From an uncultured Acidimicrobiaceae bacterium (lineage in GTDB: Bacteria; Actinomycetota; Acidimicrobiia; Acidimicrobiales; RAAP-2): a DNA stretch of 64,000 bases. Of this stretch, positions 1 to 12,000 are shown piece after piece. The stretch spans positions 923,303 to 987,302 of the forward strand of contig CAWIJK010000004.1 of assembly GCA_963836375.1 (NCBI GenBank), given 5' to 3'. The notes under the pieces were generated by a model, which did no database searches, had not been told where the DNA came from, and saw only the letters and a list, made by a program, of their open reading frames with translations. Made by a program: the position numbers and the translations under genes. Within the stretch, counting starts at the first letter, position 1; every line of letters begins with the position of its first letter.

Positions 1-2
1 TG

Positions 3-275
3 CTGCCCTACTGGGACGACGTGATCGTCCCGGACCTGGCGGCCGAGGCGCCCCGGGGAGGCGCGGTCCTCGTGGTGGCCCACGGCAACAGCCTGCGGGC
101 CCTGGTCAAGCACCTGAAGGCCATCCCCGACGACCAGATCGCCGAGCTCGACATCCCGACCGGGGTGCCCTGGCGGTTCCGCCTGGCCGACGACCTGTCG
201 GTGATCGACGACGACTACCTCGACCCGGCCGCCGCGGCCGCCGGGGCCGAGGCGGTCCGGCGCCAGGCCGGCTAG
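3..275 (+). CDS. gpmA: 2,3-bisphosphoglycerate-dependent phosphoglycerate mutase, C-terminal fragment (5' end outside window)
   Basis: The frame is open from the window edge ([12 protein letters not shown]...). It contains [15 protein letters not shown], typical of the dPGM/histidine phosphatase family. Stop at 273-275. Confidence 0.85.
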   Translation: MPYWDDVIVPDLAAEAPRGGAVLVVAHGNSLRALVKHLKAIPDDQIAELDIPTGVPWRFRLADDLSVIDDDYLDPAAAAAGAEAVRRQAG

Positions 276-303
276 ACCCGGGCCGGGCGGTCCCCCGGCG
301 CGC

Positions 304-337
304 CAGGGCCGGGGCCCCTCGCCGAGCCCCGGCCCTG
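304..337. terminator. GC-rich hairpin in the convergent gpmA/glnK spacer (candidate bidirectional intrinsic terminator)
   Basis: CAGGGCCGGGGC (304-315) and GCCCCGGCCCTG (326-337) are perfect 12-bp reverse complements with a 10-nt loop. There is no U-tract, so function is inferred only. Confidence 0.4.
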
Positions 338-362
338 AACGATTCCCGATGGCGGGGTCAGC

Positions 363-2304
<1,942 letters not shown>

Positions 2305-2450
2305 AAAGTGCTCCTCTCGTCCGGTCTTTGCCTCCCGGCGAACCGCACCAAGGACGGGGGACTGTGGTCTGGATCGCCCGCCATGGCAGGCGGCTCGCCC
2401 CTGCCGTTCGAAAGCATGCAGGGCGATGATTTCTGCACAGTCACACCCGT

Positions 2451-2467
2451 GTTACCAATGTGTGAAC
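2451..2467. promoter_or_regulatory. Candidate GlnR-type box upstream of amtB (speculative)
   Basis: GTTAC-caatgt-GTGAAC lies about 150-160 nt upstream of the amtB start. It loosely resembles the actinobacterial GlnR motif gTnAC-n6-GaAAC. It is a single site, and no glnR gene is visible in the window. Confidence 0.2.
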
Positions 2468-2596
2468 TGGACGGACCGTGCCTCGCGACCAGGAGATCGG
2501 CCGTCCCCCTCGTCTACGATCGTCCCGTCACCGCCGCCGGCGGCGGCAGATCCTCGAACGCCCGGGACGAGAGCGACCGTGAACCCCCCGATCCAG

Positions 2597-3142
2597 ATGC
2601 TGTCCGACGACCGCCCGGTCGAGGCCGAGACCGCCGCCGGCGGCGTCGACCACACGATCATGACCCTGCGCGGGGCGGGGGTCGTCACCGACGTCCGTCG
2701 GGTCGGGCGCATCGCCGTCGGCCTGTGCCTCGTGGGCCTGGCCGCGTTGACCGTCGTCCTCTTTGCGAGCGGCTTCGACAAGAACGCGCAGATCGCCCGG
2801 TTGCACCGCGACGGGGTGCCGGTACTCGTCACCTCGACCGGCTGCACCGGTCTCTTGGGCGGGAGCGGCAGCAACCCGGTCGGCTACGCCTGCCGGGGGA
2901 CCTTCACCGTCGCCGGTCACCGCTACGACGAGCCCCTCCCGGGTAACACGCTGTACCCGCCGGGCTCGACGCTCCGGGCGGTCACCGTGCCGGACGAGCC
3001 CGCCCTGGTCACCCCGGTCCGTCTGGCCGCCACGGAGCACACCTCGGCGACGGTGTTCGTCCTCCCGACGGTGCTGGTGGTCCTCCTCGCCGCCCTGGTC
3101 GGCCTAGCGCTCGGCCACCGGCGGCACCCGAGCGATCCCTGA
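2597..3142 (+). CDS. Hypothetical membrane protein (N- and C-terminal TM segments flanking a soluble domain)
   Basis: ATG at 2597 within the 2225..3142 ORF. TM segments are IAVGLCLVGLAALTVVLFA and VFVLPTVLVVLLAALVGLAL. No family was recognised and the start is uncertain. Confidence 0.5.
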   Translation: MLSDDRPVEAETAAGGVDHTIMTLRGAGVVTDVRRVGRIAVGLCLVGLAALTVVLFASGFDKNAQIARLHRDGVPVLVTSTGCTGLLGGSGSNPVGYACRGTFTVAGHRYDEPLPGNTLYPPGSTLRAVTVPDEPALVTPVRLAATEHTSATVFVLPTVLVVLLAALVGLALGHRRHPSDP

Positions 3143-3196
3143 GTACCGGGATCCCGCCGAGAACCCCCACATGGGCCTGTCAGGCAGACGGGCCGG

Positions 3197-3859
3197 TCAG
3201 CCGGCCTTTTTCTGGTCGTCGGGCTTGGCCGACGCGGCGCGCTTGGGGGGTGTCGCCTTGGGCGTGTAGCGCTTGTTGGGCGCCGGACGCGACGATGCGG
3301 CGCTCTGTGCCCCGCCCGAGCGCGCCGTCCCGCCTCCTGCTTCACGCAGGTCGCGCTGGACCCGGTAGGCCCGCACCAACAGCCAGGCGCCGACCAGGAT
3401 GAACGGGACGCCGAAGCCCCAGTAGTGCAGGTTGAAGACGGCCAGGCCGTAGAGGGCGAACGCCATGCCGAGGAAGAGGCGTTTGCGGAGCAGGGCCATG
3501 ATCAGCATCAGGATCGCCAGGGCCACCAGGACGAGGGCCAGCTCGTGGTAGACCGCCGGGTTGACGTGCGCCTTGTTCGGCGCCGCCGGGTTGTCGGCGA
3601 TCAGGGCGTTGATGATCAACAGGCCGATCCCGCCGGCCAGGGGCGCCCCGATCAGCCCGACGGCCCGTTCCTTGTCGTCGGCCGACTTGACCCGGGCCTC
3701 GAGCTCATCGACGGTGGGCGGCGGTGCCGGCTCGGGCGAGTCTCCACCGTCGCTTTGCGGCGGGCCCGGCTTCAAGACGGCGTTCTTGAGCCGCTCTCCG
3801 AGCGTAGGTTTGGCGGGCGCGTCGTCTCCGGAGTCGTCAGAAGAGCGGGCTCCGGGCAC
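3197..3859 (-). CDS. Hypothetical integral membrane protein with disordered basic/Pro-rich termini
   Basis: 220 aa with three or four hydrophobic helices (GLIGAPLAGGIGLLIINALI, LALVLVALAILMLIMALL, FLGMAFALYGLAVF, PFILVGAWLLV). No family was recognised. Confidence 0.55.
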   Translation of the reverse strand: MPGARSSDDSGDDAPAKPTLGERLKNAVLKPGPPQSDGGDSPEPAPPPTVDELEARVKSADDKERAVGLIGAPLAGGIGLLIINALIADNPAAPNKAHVNPAVYHELALVLVALAILMLIMALLRKRLFLGMAFALYGLAVFNLHYWGFGVPFILVGAWLLVRAYRVQRDLREAGGGTARSGGAQSAASSRPAPNKRYTPKATPPKRAASAKPDDQKKAG

Positions 3860-4099
3860 CCCGAAAGGCTAGCGCGCCGTTTCGCGCCAGGGCGAAGGCA
3901 CAAGGGCGCGGCGGGGCCGGCCGCGCACCCCCGACGACGGTGATTCGCTCCCCGACCTGGTACGGCCCCGGCCAACCTCGATCGCAACAGCGCGTCGCGG
4001 CGCTGTGTTGCCGGCGCGTGAACTCTGCGGGGCCCCCGGGGCCGACCGACCGACCCGGGCGACTCCCGGACCCGGCACGGTCCCAGTGCGACGGCGGGG

Positions 4100-4555
4100 G
4101 TGCGGCGCTACCCTTGCGCCATGGCTCCAGACACGAAGGACCTCGACCTCTCCAAGATCTGGCTGTTCTCGACCTGCTCGTCACGCGAGTTGCGCACCAT
4201 CCGCAAGGCGCTCGAGGAGGTGAGCGTGCCCCCCGGCCGGATCCTGGTGGAGGAGGGCACCATCGGGCGGGAGTTCTTCCTCATCGTCGACGGGGAGGCG
4301 GCGGTTAGCCGCAACGGCCGCCGCCTGGCCACCCTCGGGCCCGGCCAGTACTTCGGCGAGCTCGCCCTCCTCGACCGGCGACCGCGGTCGGCCACCGTGA
4401 TCTCGGACACCGAGATGCTGCTGCTCGTCTTGGGGCAACGCCAGTTCAACGGGGTGCTCGACGCCGTGCCGGCCCTCAGCCGCAAGTTGCTGGCCGCAAT
4501 GGCCACCCGGTTGCGCGAGGCCGACTCCCGGGTCGCCTCGGTCATCTCACACTGA
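4100..4555 (+). CDS. Cyclic nucleotide-binding domain protein (stand-alone cNMP-binding module, no HTH)
   Basis: ILVEEGTIGREFFLIVDGEAAV...LGPGQYFGELALLDRRPRSATV is a canonical CAP/PKA-type cNMP-binding beta-barrel with its phosphate-binding cassette. An alternative ATG start is at 4121. Confidence 0.85.
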   Translation: MRRYPCAMAPDTKDLDLSKIWLFSTCSSRELRTIRKALEEVSVPPGRILVEEGTIGREFFLIVDGEAAVSRNGRRLATLGPGQYFGELALLDRRPRSATVISDTEMLLLVLGQRQFNGVLDAVPALSRKLLAAMATRLREADSRVASVISH

Positions 4556-4575
4556 GCCCGCCGGTCGCTCCCACC

Positions 4576-5004
4576 GTGACCATGACGCTGAGCGAGGCCC
4601 TGGCCTTCGTCGCCGACCGTCACCAGGGGGTGCTCACCACCATCCGGGCCAACGGCCGCCCACAGCTGTCGAACATCGCCTTCGCCGTCGGGGCCGACGG
4701 GCTCCTGCGCATCTCGGTCACCGAGACCCGGGCCAAGACCAAGAACCTCCGCCGGGACCCGCGGGCCTCGCTCTACGTGCCCGGCGACACCTTCTGGTCC
4801 TACGCGGTAGTTGAGGCCGCCGCCGACCTGAGCGCGGTCACCACAGAACCCCATGACGCCGCGGCCGAGGAACTGGTCGCCCTGTACCGCCAGGCCCAAG
4901 GTGAGCACCCGGACTGGGAGGAGTACCGCCAGGCCATGATCGACCAGGGCCGCCTGGTCGTCCGCCTGCGACCCGAGCGCGCCTACGGGATGCTCGGGGG
5001 CTGA
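4576..5004 (+). CDS. PPOX-class (pyridoxamine 5'-phosphate oxidase-like) probable F420-dependent oxidoreductase
   Basis: 142 aa: HQGVLTTIRANGRPQLSNIAFAV...TRAKTKNLRRDPRASL. This is the pattern of the split beta-barrel family. Confidence 0.75.
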   Translation: MTMTLSEALAFVADRHQGVLTTIRANGRPQLSNIAFAVGADGLLRISVTETRAKTKNLRRDPRASLYVPGDTFWSYAVVEAAADLSAVTTEPHDAAAEELVALYRQAQGEHPDWEEYRQAMIDQGRLVVRLRPERAYGMLGG

Positions 5005-7136
5005 GCCTCGCCCCCCCCGTCGGCCGGGGCGGTGCCCGGCCCGGCCTCGGAGTCGGCGGACGGAGCGGTGACCCCGGCCAGGAGGGACTCCTCGAAGAGC
5101 TGGGAGAGGTCGAGGACCCGCACCTCGTCCTCCTTGGCGTTGGCCCGCACGGCGTCGTCCAGCATGATCATGCAGTAGGGGCAGGCCGTCGAGACCACGT
5201 CGGCCCCGGTGCCGAGGGCCTCGGCCGTCCGATCCATGTTGATCCGGGTCCCGATGTTCTCCTCCAGCCACATCCGGGCCCCACCGGCCCCGCAGCAAAA
5301 ACCCCGCTCGCGGCAGCGCTTCATCTCCACCTGGGTGGCCCCGGGGATGGCGTCGATGACCGACCGGGGCTCGTCGAACACCCGGTTGTGCCGGCCGAGG
5401 TAGCACGGGTCGTGGTAGGTGACCGTGCCCGAGTAGCCGGTCCCGGCCACCAGCTTGCCCGCCGCCACCAGGTGCTCGAGCAGCTGGGCGTGGTGGATCA
5501 CCTCGAAGTCCCCCCCGAGGGCCGGGTACTCGTTCTTGATCGAGTTGAAGCAGTGGGGGCAGCTGGCGATGATCTTCTTGGCCCCGGCCTCGTTCAGGGT
5601 GGCCACGTTGAGCTTGGCCTGCTCCTGATACAGGTACTCGTTCCCGAGACGCCGGGCCGGGTCACCGGTGCAGGACTCCTTGGGGCCCAAGATGGCGAAG
5701 GTCACCCCGGCCCGGTGCAGCATGCGGGCCGTGGCCTGCACCCCCTTGCGGGCCCGCTCGTCGAGCGCCCCGGCGCAGCCGACCCAGTACAGGTACTCGA
5801 CGTCGTCGGGCACGGTCCCCGAGACCACCGGGATCTCGAAGTCCAGGCTCTGGGTCCACTCGGTCCGTTTGGACTGTCCGAGACCCCAGGGGTCACCCTG
5901 GTTCTCGACGTTGCGCAGCATGAGCCCGGCTTCGGAGGGGAAGCGCGACTCCATCAGCACCTCGTAGCGGCGCATGTCCACGATGGCATCGATGTGCTCG
6001 ATGTCGACCGGGCACTCCTCCACGCACGCACCACACGTCGTGCACGACCACAGCACGTCGGGGTCGATCGTGAAGGGCACAAGTGTCTCGGCCTCGACCC
6101 CGGCCGCTGTCTCGCCGGCCCCGTCGTCGGTCGCCAGGTTTTTGCCCAGCAGGCGGCCCGACGAGGCGAACATGTTGTCGCGCAGCCCCATCATCACCAG
6201 CTTCGGGGACAGGGGCTTCTCGGTGTTCCAGGCCGGGCAGGCCGACTGGCAGCGGCCGCACTCGGTGCAGGTGGCGAAGTCGAGCATCTGCTTCCAGGTG
6301 AACTGCTCGACCAGGCCCACCCCGAAGACCGTGTCCTCGCTCACGTTCTCCATGTCCATGTCGGGCGTCTTGTCGAGCGCCCCCAGGGCCCGGGGTCGGC
6401 GGGAGAAGGCGACGTTGATCGGGGCGATGAAGATGTGGAGGTGCTTCGAGTAGGCCACGAACACCAAGAAGCCCATGATCACGGCGATGTTCAAGATGAG
6501 GAAGACGGTGACCAGGACGCTGTTGACGCCGCTCCCCAGGGGTGCCAGCCAGGACCCGACCGCATGGGAGGCGAAGGCCCAGTCGTTGTAGGGGAACTGG
6601 GTCGGGTCGGTGTTGACCTGTGCCCCCCGGTAGACGAGGAGGGTGATCATGACGCTGGCGATCATCGCCAGCACCAGCCAGGCGGCCCCGGTGTGCGAAC
6701 CGTAGAAGCGGGACTTGCGCTCGCGGCGCGACGGGGCGTTCTTGATGCGGATCACCGCGAACACGATCAGGGCCGCCAGCACGGCGACGGCGAAGAAGTC
6801 CTCGATGAACCCGATCCACGACCAGGTACCGATCAGCGGGATGTGGAAGTACCTGTTGAACAGGTCGCCGTAGGCCTCGATGATCGTGAGCAACAGGATG
6901 GTGAAACCCCACATGGTGAAGAAGTGGGCCACACCGGGCACTGTCCACTGGAGGAGCTTGCGCTGGCCGGCCACCTCGGTGAGCTCGGCCTCGGCCCGGC
7001 GGGAAACCGGGCCCCGGGTGCGCTCAGGCGCCGGGCGGCCGGCCCGGATCAGGCGCGACAGCCAGTGGAAGCGGCGGCCGGCGACGGCGATGGCGATGAC
7101 CGTCACGGCCACGCCGATTGCGATCCTGACGGGCAC
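4983..7136 (-). CDS. Membrane-anchored (Fe-S)-binding oxidoreductase, heterodisulfide reductase-like (Rv0338c-type)
   Basis: 717 aa. The N-terminus has multiple TM helices. There are two 4Fe-4S motifs, CTECGRCQSACP and CTTCGACVEECP, and CCG-type Cys-rich repeats (CPHCFN, GFCCGAGG). Confidence 0.85.
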   Translation of the reverse strand: MPVRIAIGVAVTVIAIAVAGRRFHWLSRLIRAGRPAPERTRGPVSRRAEAELTEVAGQRKLLQWTVPGVAHFFTMWGFTILLLTIIEAYGDLFNRYFHIPLIGTWSWIGFIEDFFAVAVLAALIVFAVIRIKNAPSRRERKSRFYGSHTGAAWLVLAMIASVMITLLVYRGAQVNTDPTQFPYNDWAFASHAVGSWLAPLGSGVNSVLVTVFLILNIAVIMGFLVFVAYSKHLHIFIAPINVAFSRRPRALGALDKTPDMDMENVSEDTVFGVGLVEQFTWKQMLDFATCTECGRCQSACPAWNTEKPLSPKLVMMGLRDNMFASSGRLLGKNLATDDGAGETAAGVEAETLVPFTIDPDVLWSCTTCGACVEECPVDIEHIDAIVDMRRYEVLMESRFPSEAGLMLRNVENQGDPWGLGQSKRTEWTQSLDFEIPVVSGTVPDDVEYLYWVGCAGALDERARKGVQATARMLHRAGVTFAILGPKESCTGDPARRLGNEYLYQEQAKLNVATLNEAGAKKIIASCPHCFNSIKNEYPALGGDFEVIHHAQLLEHLVAAGKLVAGTGYSGTVTYHDPCYLGRHNRVFDEPRSVIDAIPGATQVEMKRCRERGFCCGAGGARMWLEENIGTRINMDRTAEALGTGADVVSTACPYCMIMLDDAVRANAKEDEVRVLDLSQLFEESLLAGVTAPSADSEAGPGTAPADGGGEAQPPSIP

Positions 7137-7241
7137 GGGTCCTCCTCGGGCTCGAAGTCAGGTGGTCAGTTGTGCTGGGAACATGTCACCGGCGCCGACC
7201 GGCGCCCCCTCAGACCATCGTCGCGCCGGGAGCCGGCCACG

Positions 7242-7808
7242 TCAGCGGCGGAAGTTGTCGGCGTAACGGCTCGGGGTCGGCCCCCATTGGCCCTGGTACT
7301 TAGAACCCAGGCCGGACGAGCCGTAGGGGCGATCGGCTGGTGTGGTCATCTTCAAAAAACTGATCTGTCCGATCTTCATGCCGGGGTAGACGGTGATGGG
7401 GAGGTTGGCCACGTTCGAGAGCTCGAGGGTCAGATGGCCGTCCCACCCGGCGTCGACGAACCCGGCGGTCGAATGGATCAGCAAGCCCAGTCGGCCAAGT
7501 GACGACTTCCCCTCCAGTCGGGCCACCAGATCACCGGGGAGGGCGACGCGCTCCACCGTGGAGCCCAGCACGAACTCTCCGGGGTGCAAGACGAGTGGGG
7601 CCTCACTACCGACATCGACCAACTCGGTCAGGTCCTCTTGGTCCTCGCGGACGTCGATCACCCGCTGGGTGTGGTTCCGGAAGAGGCGGAAGTACTGGTC
7701 GACGTGGAGATCCACCGAGGATGGCTGGATGCAGTCGTCCCCCAGGGGGTCGATGACGATCCGGCCGGCCTCGAGCTCCTCTCGGATCGTCCGGTCTGAG
7801 AGAACCAT
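7242..7808 (-). CDS. dcd: dCTP deaminase
   Basis: MVLSDRTIREELEAGRIVIDP...PSSVDLH...GKSSLGRLGL...HSTAGFVDAGWDGHLTLEL. The ATG at 7808 was chosen because the 35 upstream codons of the ORF are a read-through of the tRNA. Confidence 0.93.
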   Translation of the reverse strand: MVLSDRTIREELEAGRIVIDPLGDDCIQPSSVDLHVDQYFRLFRNHTQRVIDVREDQEDLTELVDVGSEAPLVLHPGEFVLGSTVERVALPGDLVARLEGKSSLGRLGLLIHSTAGFVDAGWDGHLTLELSNVANLPITVYPGMKIGQISFLKMTTPADRPYGSSGLGSKYQGQWGPTPSRYADNFRR

Positions 7809-7838
7809 GGCGCCCAGAGGATAGTGTGGTGGGCGCTC

Positions 7839-7912
7839 GCGGGCGTAGTTCAGAGGCAGAACATCAGCTTCCCAAGCTGAGAACGCGGGTTCGATTCCCG
7901 TCGCCCGCTCCA
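7839..7912 (+). tRNA. tRNA-Gly (anticodon CCC), CCA encoded
   Basis: A cloverleaf was folded by hand. Acceptor stem GCGGGCG/CGCCCGC; D-stem GTTC/GAAC; anticodon stem TCAGC/GCTGA with loop TTCCCAA; T-arm GCGGG-TTCGATT-CCCGT; 3' TCCA. Total 74 nt. Confidence 0.92.
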
Positions 7913-7914
7913 TT

Positions 7915-8880
7915 GTGATGTCTCAAGACATCGAGCACCGGCGTCTGGGACACAGCGTAGACCTGGGCCGCGGCTCAGGGGATCCGCTGGTAGTCCTTGG
8001 AAGGAGGGAATCGGTGACCGATGATGGGAGGGCCGTCGCCGCGGCGTTCTGGGAAGAGGCCGCGGCGGGCTGGGTCCGGTTCGAGGGGGAGCACGAACGG
8101 GCCACGTCGCTCTTCAACGCCCCGCTCTTCGCGGCGGCGGGTCTCCGGCCAGGACACTCCGTCGTCGACATCGGATGCGGGACCGGCCCCACCACGATCC
8201 TCTCAGCGCAAGCGGTGGGGCCCGACGGGAAGGTCGTCGGTGTGGACGTGGCCCGGGCGATGCTCGATCGCGCCGAGGAGGTCGCCGCCAGCCAGGGCCT
8301 CACCAACATCACGTTCCGGCAGGCGGACGCTCAGAACGAGTCCCTCGGGGACCAGAGGTTCGACGCGGCGATCTCGCGCTTCGGCCTGATGTTCTTTGCC
8401 GACCCGCACGCCGCGTTCGCCAATGTTCTGATCGCATTGAAGCCGGGCGGTCGGCTGGTATTCGTCTGCTGGACGTCGGCCGCCGACAACGAATGGATGC
8501 TCCTGCGGGGCATGGCGCTCTTCTCGGTCACCGGCGAGTTCCCCGAGCTGCCGGCCGAAGGGGAACCCGGACCGTTCTCGCTCAGCGATGACGGGCGAGT
8601 TCGCGCAGTCCTGGAGGGGTCCGGCTTCGTCAACGTTCGAGCCAGAACCCACCGAACCGCAATGGAACTCCCCATCGACGCGGTCGACAGGTACGTCGAC
8701 TCGGCCACCGCACTTCCACCGTTGAGCCAGGTCTTCGAAGCAGGCAACGACGAGACGACGCGCCGGAGGGTCCTCGACGCCTACCGGGCCTCGCTGGCCG
8801 AGCGGGAGCGGGACGGCGTGGTGGAGCTCGGCGTCTCGGCGTGGGTTGTGACGGCGGAGCGGCCGGGACCCGGACCCTGA
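7915..8880 (+). CDS. Class I SAM-dependent methyltransferase
   Basis: VVDIGCGTGPTT (motif I), GVDVARAML, FDAAISRFGLMFF, LKPGGRLVFVCW. The start codon is uncertain (GTG 7915 or ATG 7918). Confidence 0.8.
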   Translation: MMSQDIEHRRLGHSVDLGRGSGDPLVVLGRRESVTDDGRAVAAAFWEEAAAGWVRFEGEHERATSLFNAPLFAAAGLRPGHSVVDIGCGTGPTTILSAQAVGPDGKVVGVDVARAMLDRAEEVAASQGLTNITFRQADAQNESLGDQRFDAAISRFGLMFFADPHAAFANVLIALKPGGRLVFVCWTSAADNEWMLLRGMALFSVTGEFPELPAEGEPGPFSLSDDGRVRAVLEGSGFVNVRARTHRTAMELPIDAVDRYVDSATALPPLSQVFEAGNDETTRRRVLDAYRASLAERERDGVVELGVSAWVVTAERPGPGP

Positions 8881-9017
8881 TCCCTCTGAACGGCGCGGCG
8901 GCCGGCGCCCGACGTCGATCGGGGCGCGATGGGCCGGTCGTCGAGGGAGGTCGGGGACCAACACCCACCCCGGACTCACCGGGAACCCCCTGGTGAAGCC
9001 GCCACGACCTCTCCGGT

Positions 9018-12000
9018 GTGGCGGGGCCCGGATCCGAGCGCGGTCTGCGGTGGCGGCCACCGGGCGCGGCGGGCGCGGCGGGTGGCCCACGCCGGGAAGG
9101 ATCGGCCGGCCGCCGTCGCCTCTTTGACCGCGAGAGGTCGTGGCGGGTCCCGCCGGGCCTCGCCTACGCTGGCTACTCCAACGAGCACGGGGGACTCTTG
9201 ACGACCGACACGGTCTTCCTTCTCTTCACCGACGTTGTCGCTTCAACGGAACTCTCCCAGAGCCTGACGGTTGAGCTTGCCGACGTGACCCGTCGCGAGC
9301 ATCTCTCGATCCTCCGTCAGGCCATCGCCGAGACCGGTGGCAACGAGGTCAAGAGTCTCGGTGACGGTCTCATGGTGGCCTTCACTTCGGCTTCGTCAGC
9401 GCTCGCGTGCGCCGTGGCCATGCAGCAAGGTGTCGAACGCGGCAACCGGGACCGCGGCCGACCGATCGGGCTACGGGTCGGGCTCAGCGGCGGCGAGGTC
9501 ACCTTTGAGGACGACGACTACTTCGGGGACCCCGTCGTCGAGGCAGCCAGGCTCTGCGCCACCTGCGCCAGCGGTCAGGTACTGGCCACCGAGGTCGTCC
9601 GACTGACGGCCGGTCGCCGCAGCCGCCAGGAGTGCCGGCCCGTCGGAGAGCTCACCTTGAAGGGACTGCCGGAACCCGTCGAGGCCGTCGAGGTCCTGTG
9701 GGAACCACTCGACGGCGTTGAGACGGGGACCTCGGTCCCGCTCCCTGGGCGCCTGACCGTCCGCCCGGGGGTTGGAGTGGTCGGCCGCACGACCGAACTC
9801 GAGACTCTGAGCGACGCCCTGAAGCGGGCCGTCGCCGGGGGTGGTCGTCAGGTCGTGCTGGTCGCCGGTGAGGCCGGGATGGGCAAGTCCACCCTCACCG
9901 CCGAAATGGCCCGGAGCGCCTTCGGCAACGGAGCCGTGGTCCTGCTCGGTCGCTGCGAGGAGGAGCTGGCGGCGCCCTACCAGCTCTTCGCGGAGGCGCT
10001 AGCCCACCTCGTTGCCCATGCGTCCGACGAGTTGCTGTCCGCGCACGTCGCCGAGCACGGTTCGGCGATTGCCCACCTCGTGCCCGCCCTCTCGCGGCGC
10101 CGGATCGACCTTCCGGCGTCGAAGTCCAATGACGCCGACACCGAGCGCTACCTCCTGTTCGCCGCCGTTGCCGGGTTGCTGTCCCTCGCGGCGCGCGACC
10201 AGCCGGTGGTGCTCGTCCTCGAGGACCTCCACTGGGCCGACAAGTCCAGCCTGGCCCTGCTGCGCCACGTCGTGGCCTCAGCCGAGGTCGTGCCCCTTCT
10301 CGTGATCGCCACCTACCGCGACACCGAATTGTCCAGGTCACACCCTCTCGTGAGCACCCTCGGCGTCCTGCGCCGAGAGCCCGGGGTGACCCGGGTCGAA
10401 CTCTCCGGGTTCGGCGACGCCGAGGTCCTCTCGTTCATGGAGTCGGCCGCCGGCCAGGCCCTCGACGCCCCCGGGGTGGCGCTGGCCCATGCCGTGTACC
10501 GGGAGACCGACGGGAACCCGTACTTCGTCTACGAAGTGCTGCGCCACCTCTCAGAGAGCGGGGCGATCTACCAGGACGCCGGCGGCCACTGGACGGCCCG
10601 GAGCGACATCGACGACCTGGATCTCCCGACCAGCGTGCGCGAAGTGATCGGTGCCCGGTTGGCCCGCCTGGGAGACGACGCAGCACGAGCCCTCTCGCTG
10701 GCCGCCGTGATCGGCCGCGACTTCGACATCGGCCTGCTGGCCGCGGCGACCGGGCGCAGCGAGGACGAGCTGATGGACATGCTGGACACCGCCGCCGAGG
10801 CGGCACTGGTCCGGGAGCTGGCCGACGCCCCCGGACAATTCAGCTTCCGTCACACGCTGATCCAACACACGCTGTACCAAGATCTCGGACCCACACGGCG
10901 GGCCAGGGCCCATCAAAGGGTCGCCGTGGCCCTCGAGGACATGTGCAACGGACGTCCGGGCGACCGGGTGGGCGAGCTCGCCATGCACTGGTCGAAGGCC
11001 ACGACCCCCGTCGACGTGGACAAGGCCCTCACCTACGCGTGCCTCGCGGCCGAGGCGGCGGCGGCGGAGCTCGCACCCGAAGAGGCCCTCGGCTTCTACA
11101 CCCAGGCGCTCGAACTCGAGGGCCGGGCGTCGGAGACCGACCCGCTGGTGCACCTCGACATCCTGATCGGGCTGGGCACCGCCCAGCGCCAGCTGGGGGA
11201 CCCCTCGTTCCGCAACACCCTGCTCGAGGCGGGCCGGGGCGCGCTCGAGCTGGGAGACGTCAAGCGCCTGGTGGCGGCGACCCTGGCCAACAACCGGGGG
11301 TTCTGGAGTTCCCTCGGCGTCGTCGACACCGAGCGGGTCGAACTGCTCCGGGCGGCCGTGGACCGGCTGGAGGGCGATCTGCCCGACCGGGCCCTCCTGC
11401 TCGCCACCTTGTGCACCGAGTCCACTTACGACGCTAACCCCGATGACCGTCACCGGCTGGCCGAAGAGGCCATGGCGATCGCCCACCGGATCGGCGACGA
11501 CGCCACGATCGTCCGCGTCTCCAATCTCGTCGTGGGCATCGAGCCCGAGCGGTTCGACGAGACGGACGCCTTGACCGGTGAGGCCCTGGTCCGGGCACGG
11601 GCCACCGGCGACCCCGTCCTGTTGTTCTGGGCCAATGCCTGGCGGGGCCGGTGGGCGCTGATGGCCGGGGCGTTGGACCAAGAGGACGGGTGCCTCCAGG
11701 AGATGGCCTCGCTCGCCGAATGGCTCCATCAGCCCATCCTCACCTGGTACTCGACCTTCCGCGCGGCGACCCGTGCCCTGGTCGCCGGGGATCACGACGA
11801 GGCCGAGCGCCTGGCGACGAGAGCGCTCGAGATCGGCACCGAGAGCGGCCAGCCCGACGCATCGACCGTCTTCGGCGCCCAGTTCATGTCCGTGTCCTGG
11901 CAGCGCGGCAAAGCGGGGGACCTGGTCGAGCTGATCGAACAGACCATCGCCGACAACCCCGGCGTTCCGACCTTCCGGGCGGCACTGGCCGCGTCGCTGG

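Noticed and set aside
3985-4012. Imperfect inverted repeat GCAACAGCGC...GCGCTGTGTTGC in the 3860-4099 divergent spacer
   Set aside because: The stem is bulged, it is a single occurrence, and it has no recognisable motif or positional logic. Not reported as a feature.
5388-7502. 704-aa plus-strand ORF, and similar ORFs (829..2301, 10551..12605, 21517..23949, 55144..57402, 60934..62364)
   Set aside because: All are antisense to genes with strong family motifs (Fe-S reductase, amtB, cyclase, hydrolase, gyrB, dipZ-like). All have Gly/Arg/Pro/Asp/His-rich composition, so they are treated as GC-driven artefacts.
7809-7913. 35-codon N-terminal extension of the dcd ORF (MERATGIEPAFSAWEADVLPLNY...)
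   Set aside because: This peptide is the well-known translation artefact of a tRNA gene. The region folds into tRNA-Gly(CCC) on the plus strand, and dcd starts at ATG 7808.
9018-9197. First 60 codons of the cyclase ORF as a genuine N-terminus
   Set aside because: The translation (MAGPGSERGLRWRPPGAAGAAGGPRREG...) is low-complexity, and the cyclase domain begins right after TTG 9198. The ORF coordinates are kept in the feature, but the likely later start is flagged.
7913-9200. Integrase, attachment site or mobile element next to tRNA-Gly
   Set aside because: No tyrosine or serine recombinase, transposase or phage-like ORF is visible. I could not find a downstream repeat of the tRNA 3' end by eye. 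Only a weak island hypothesis is retained.
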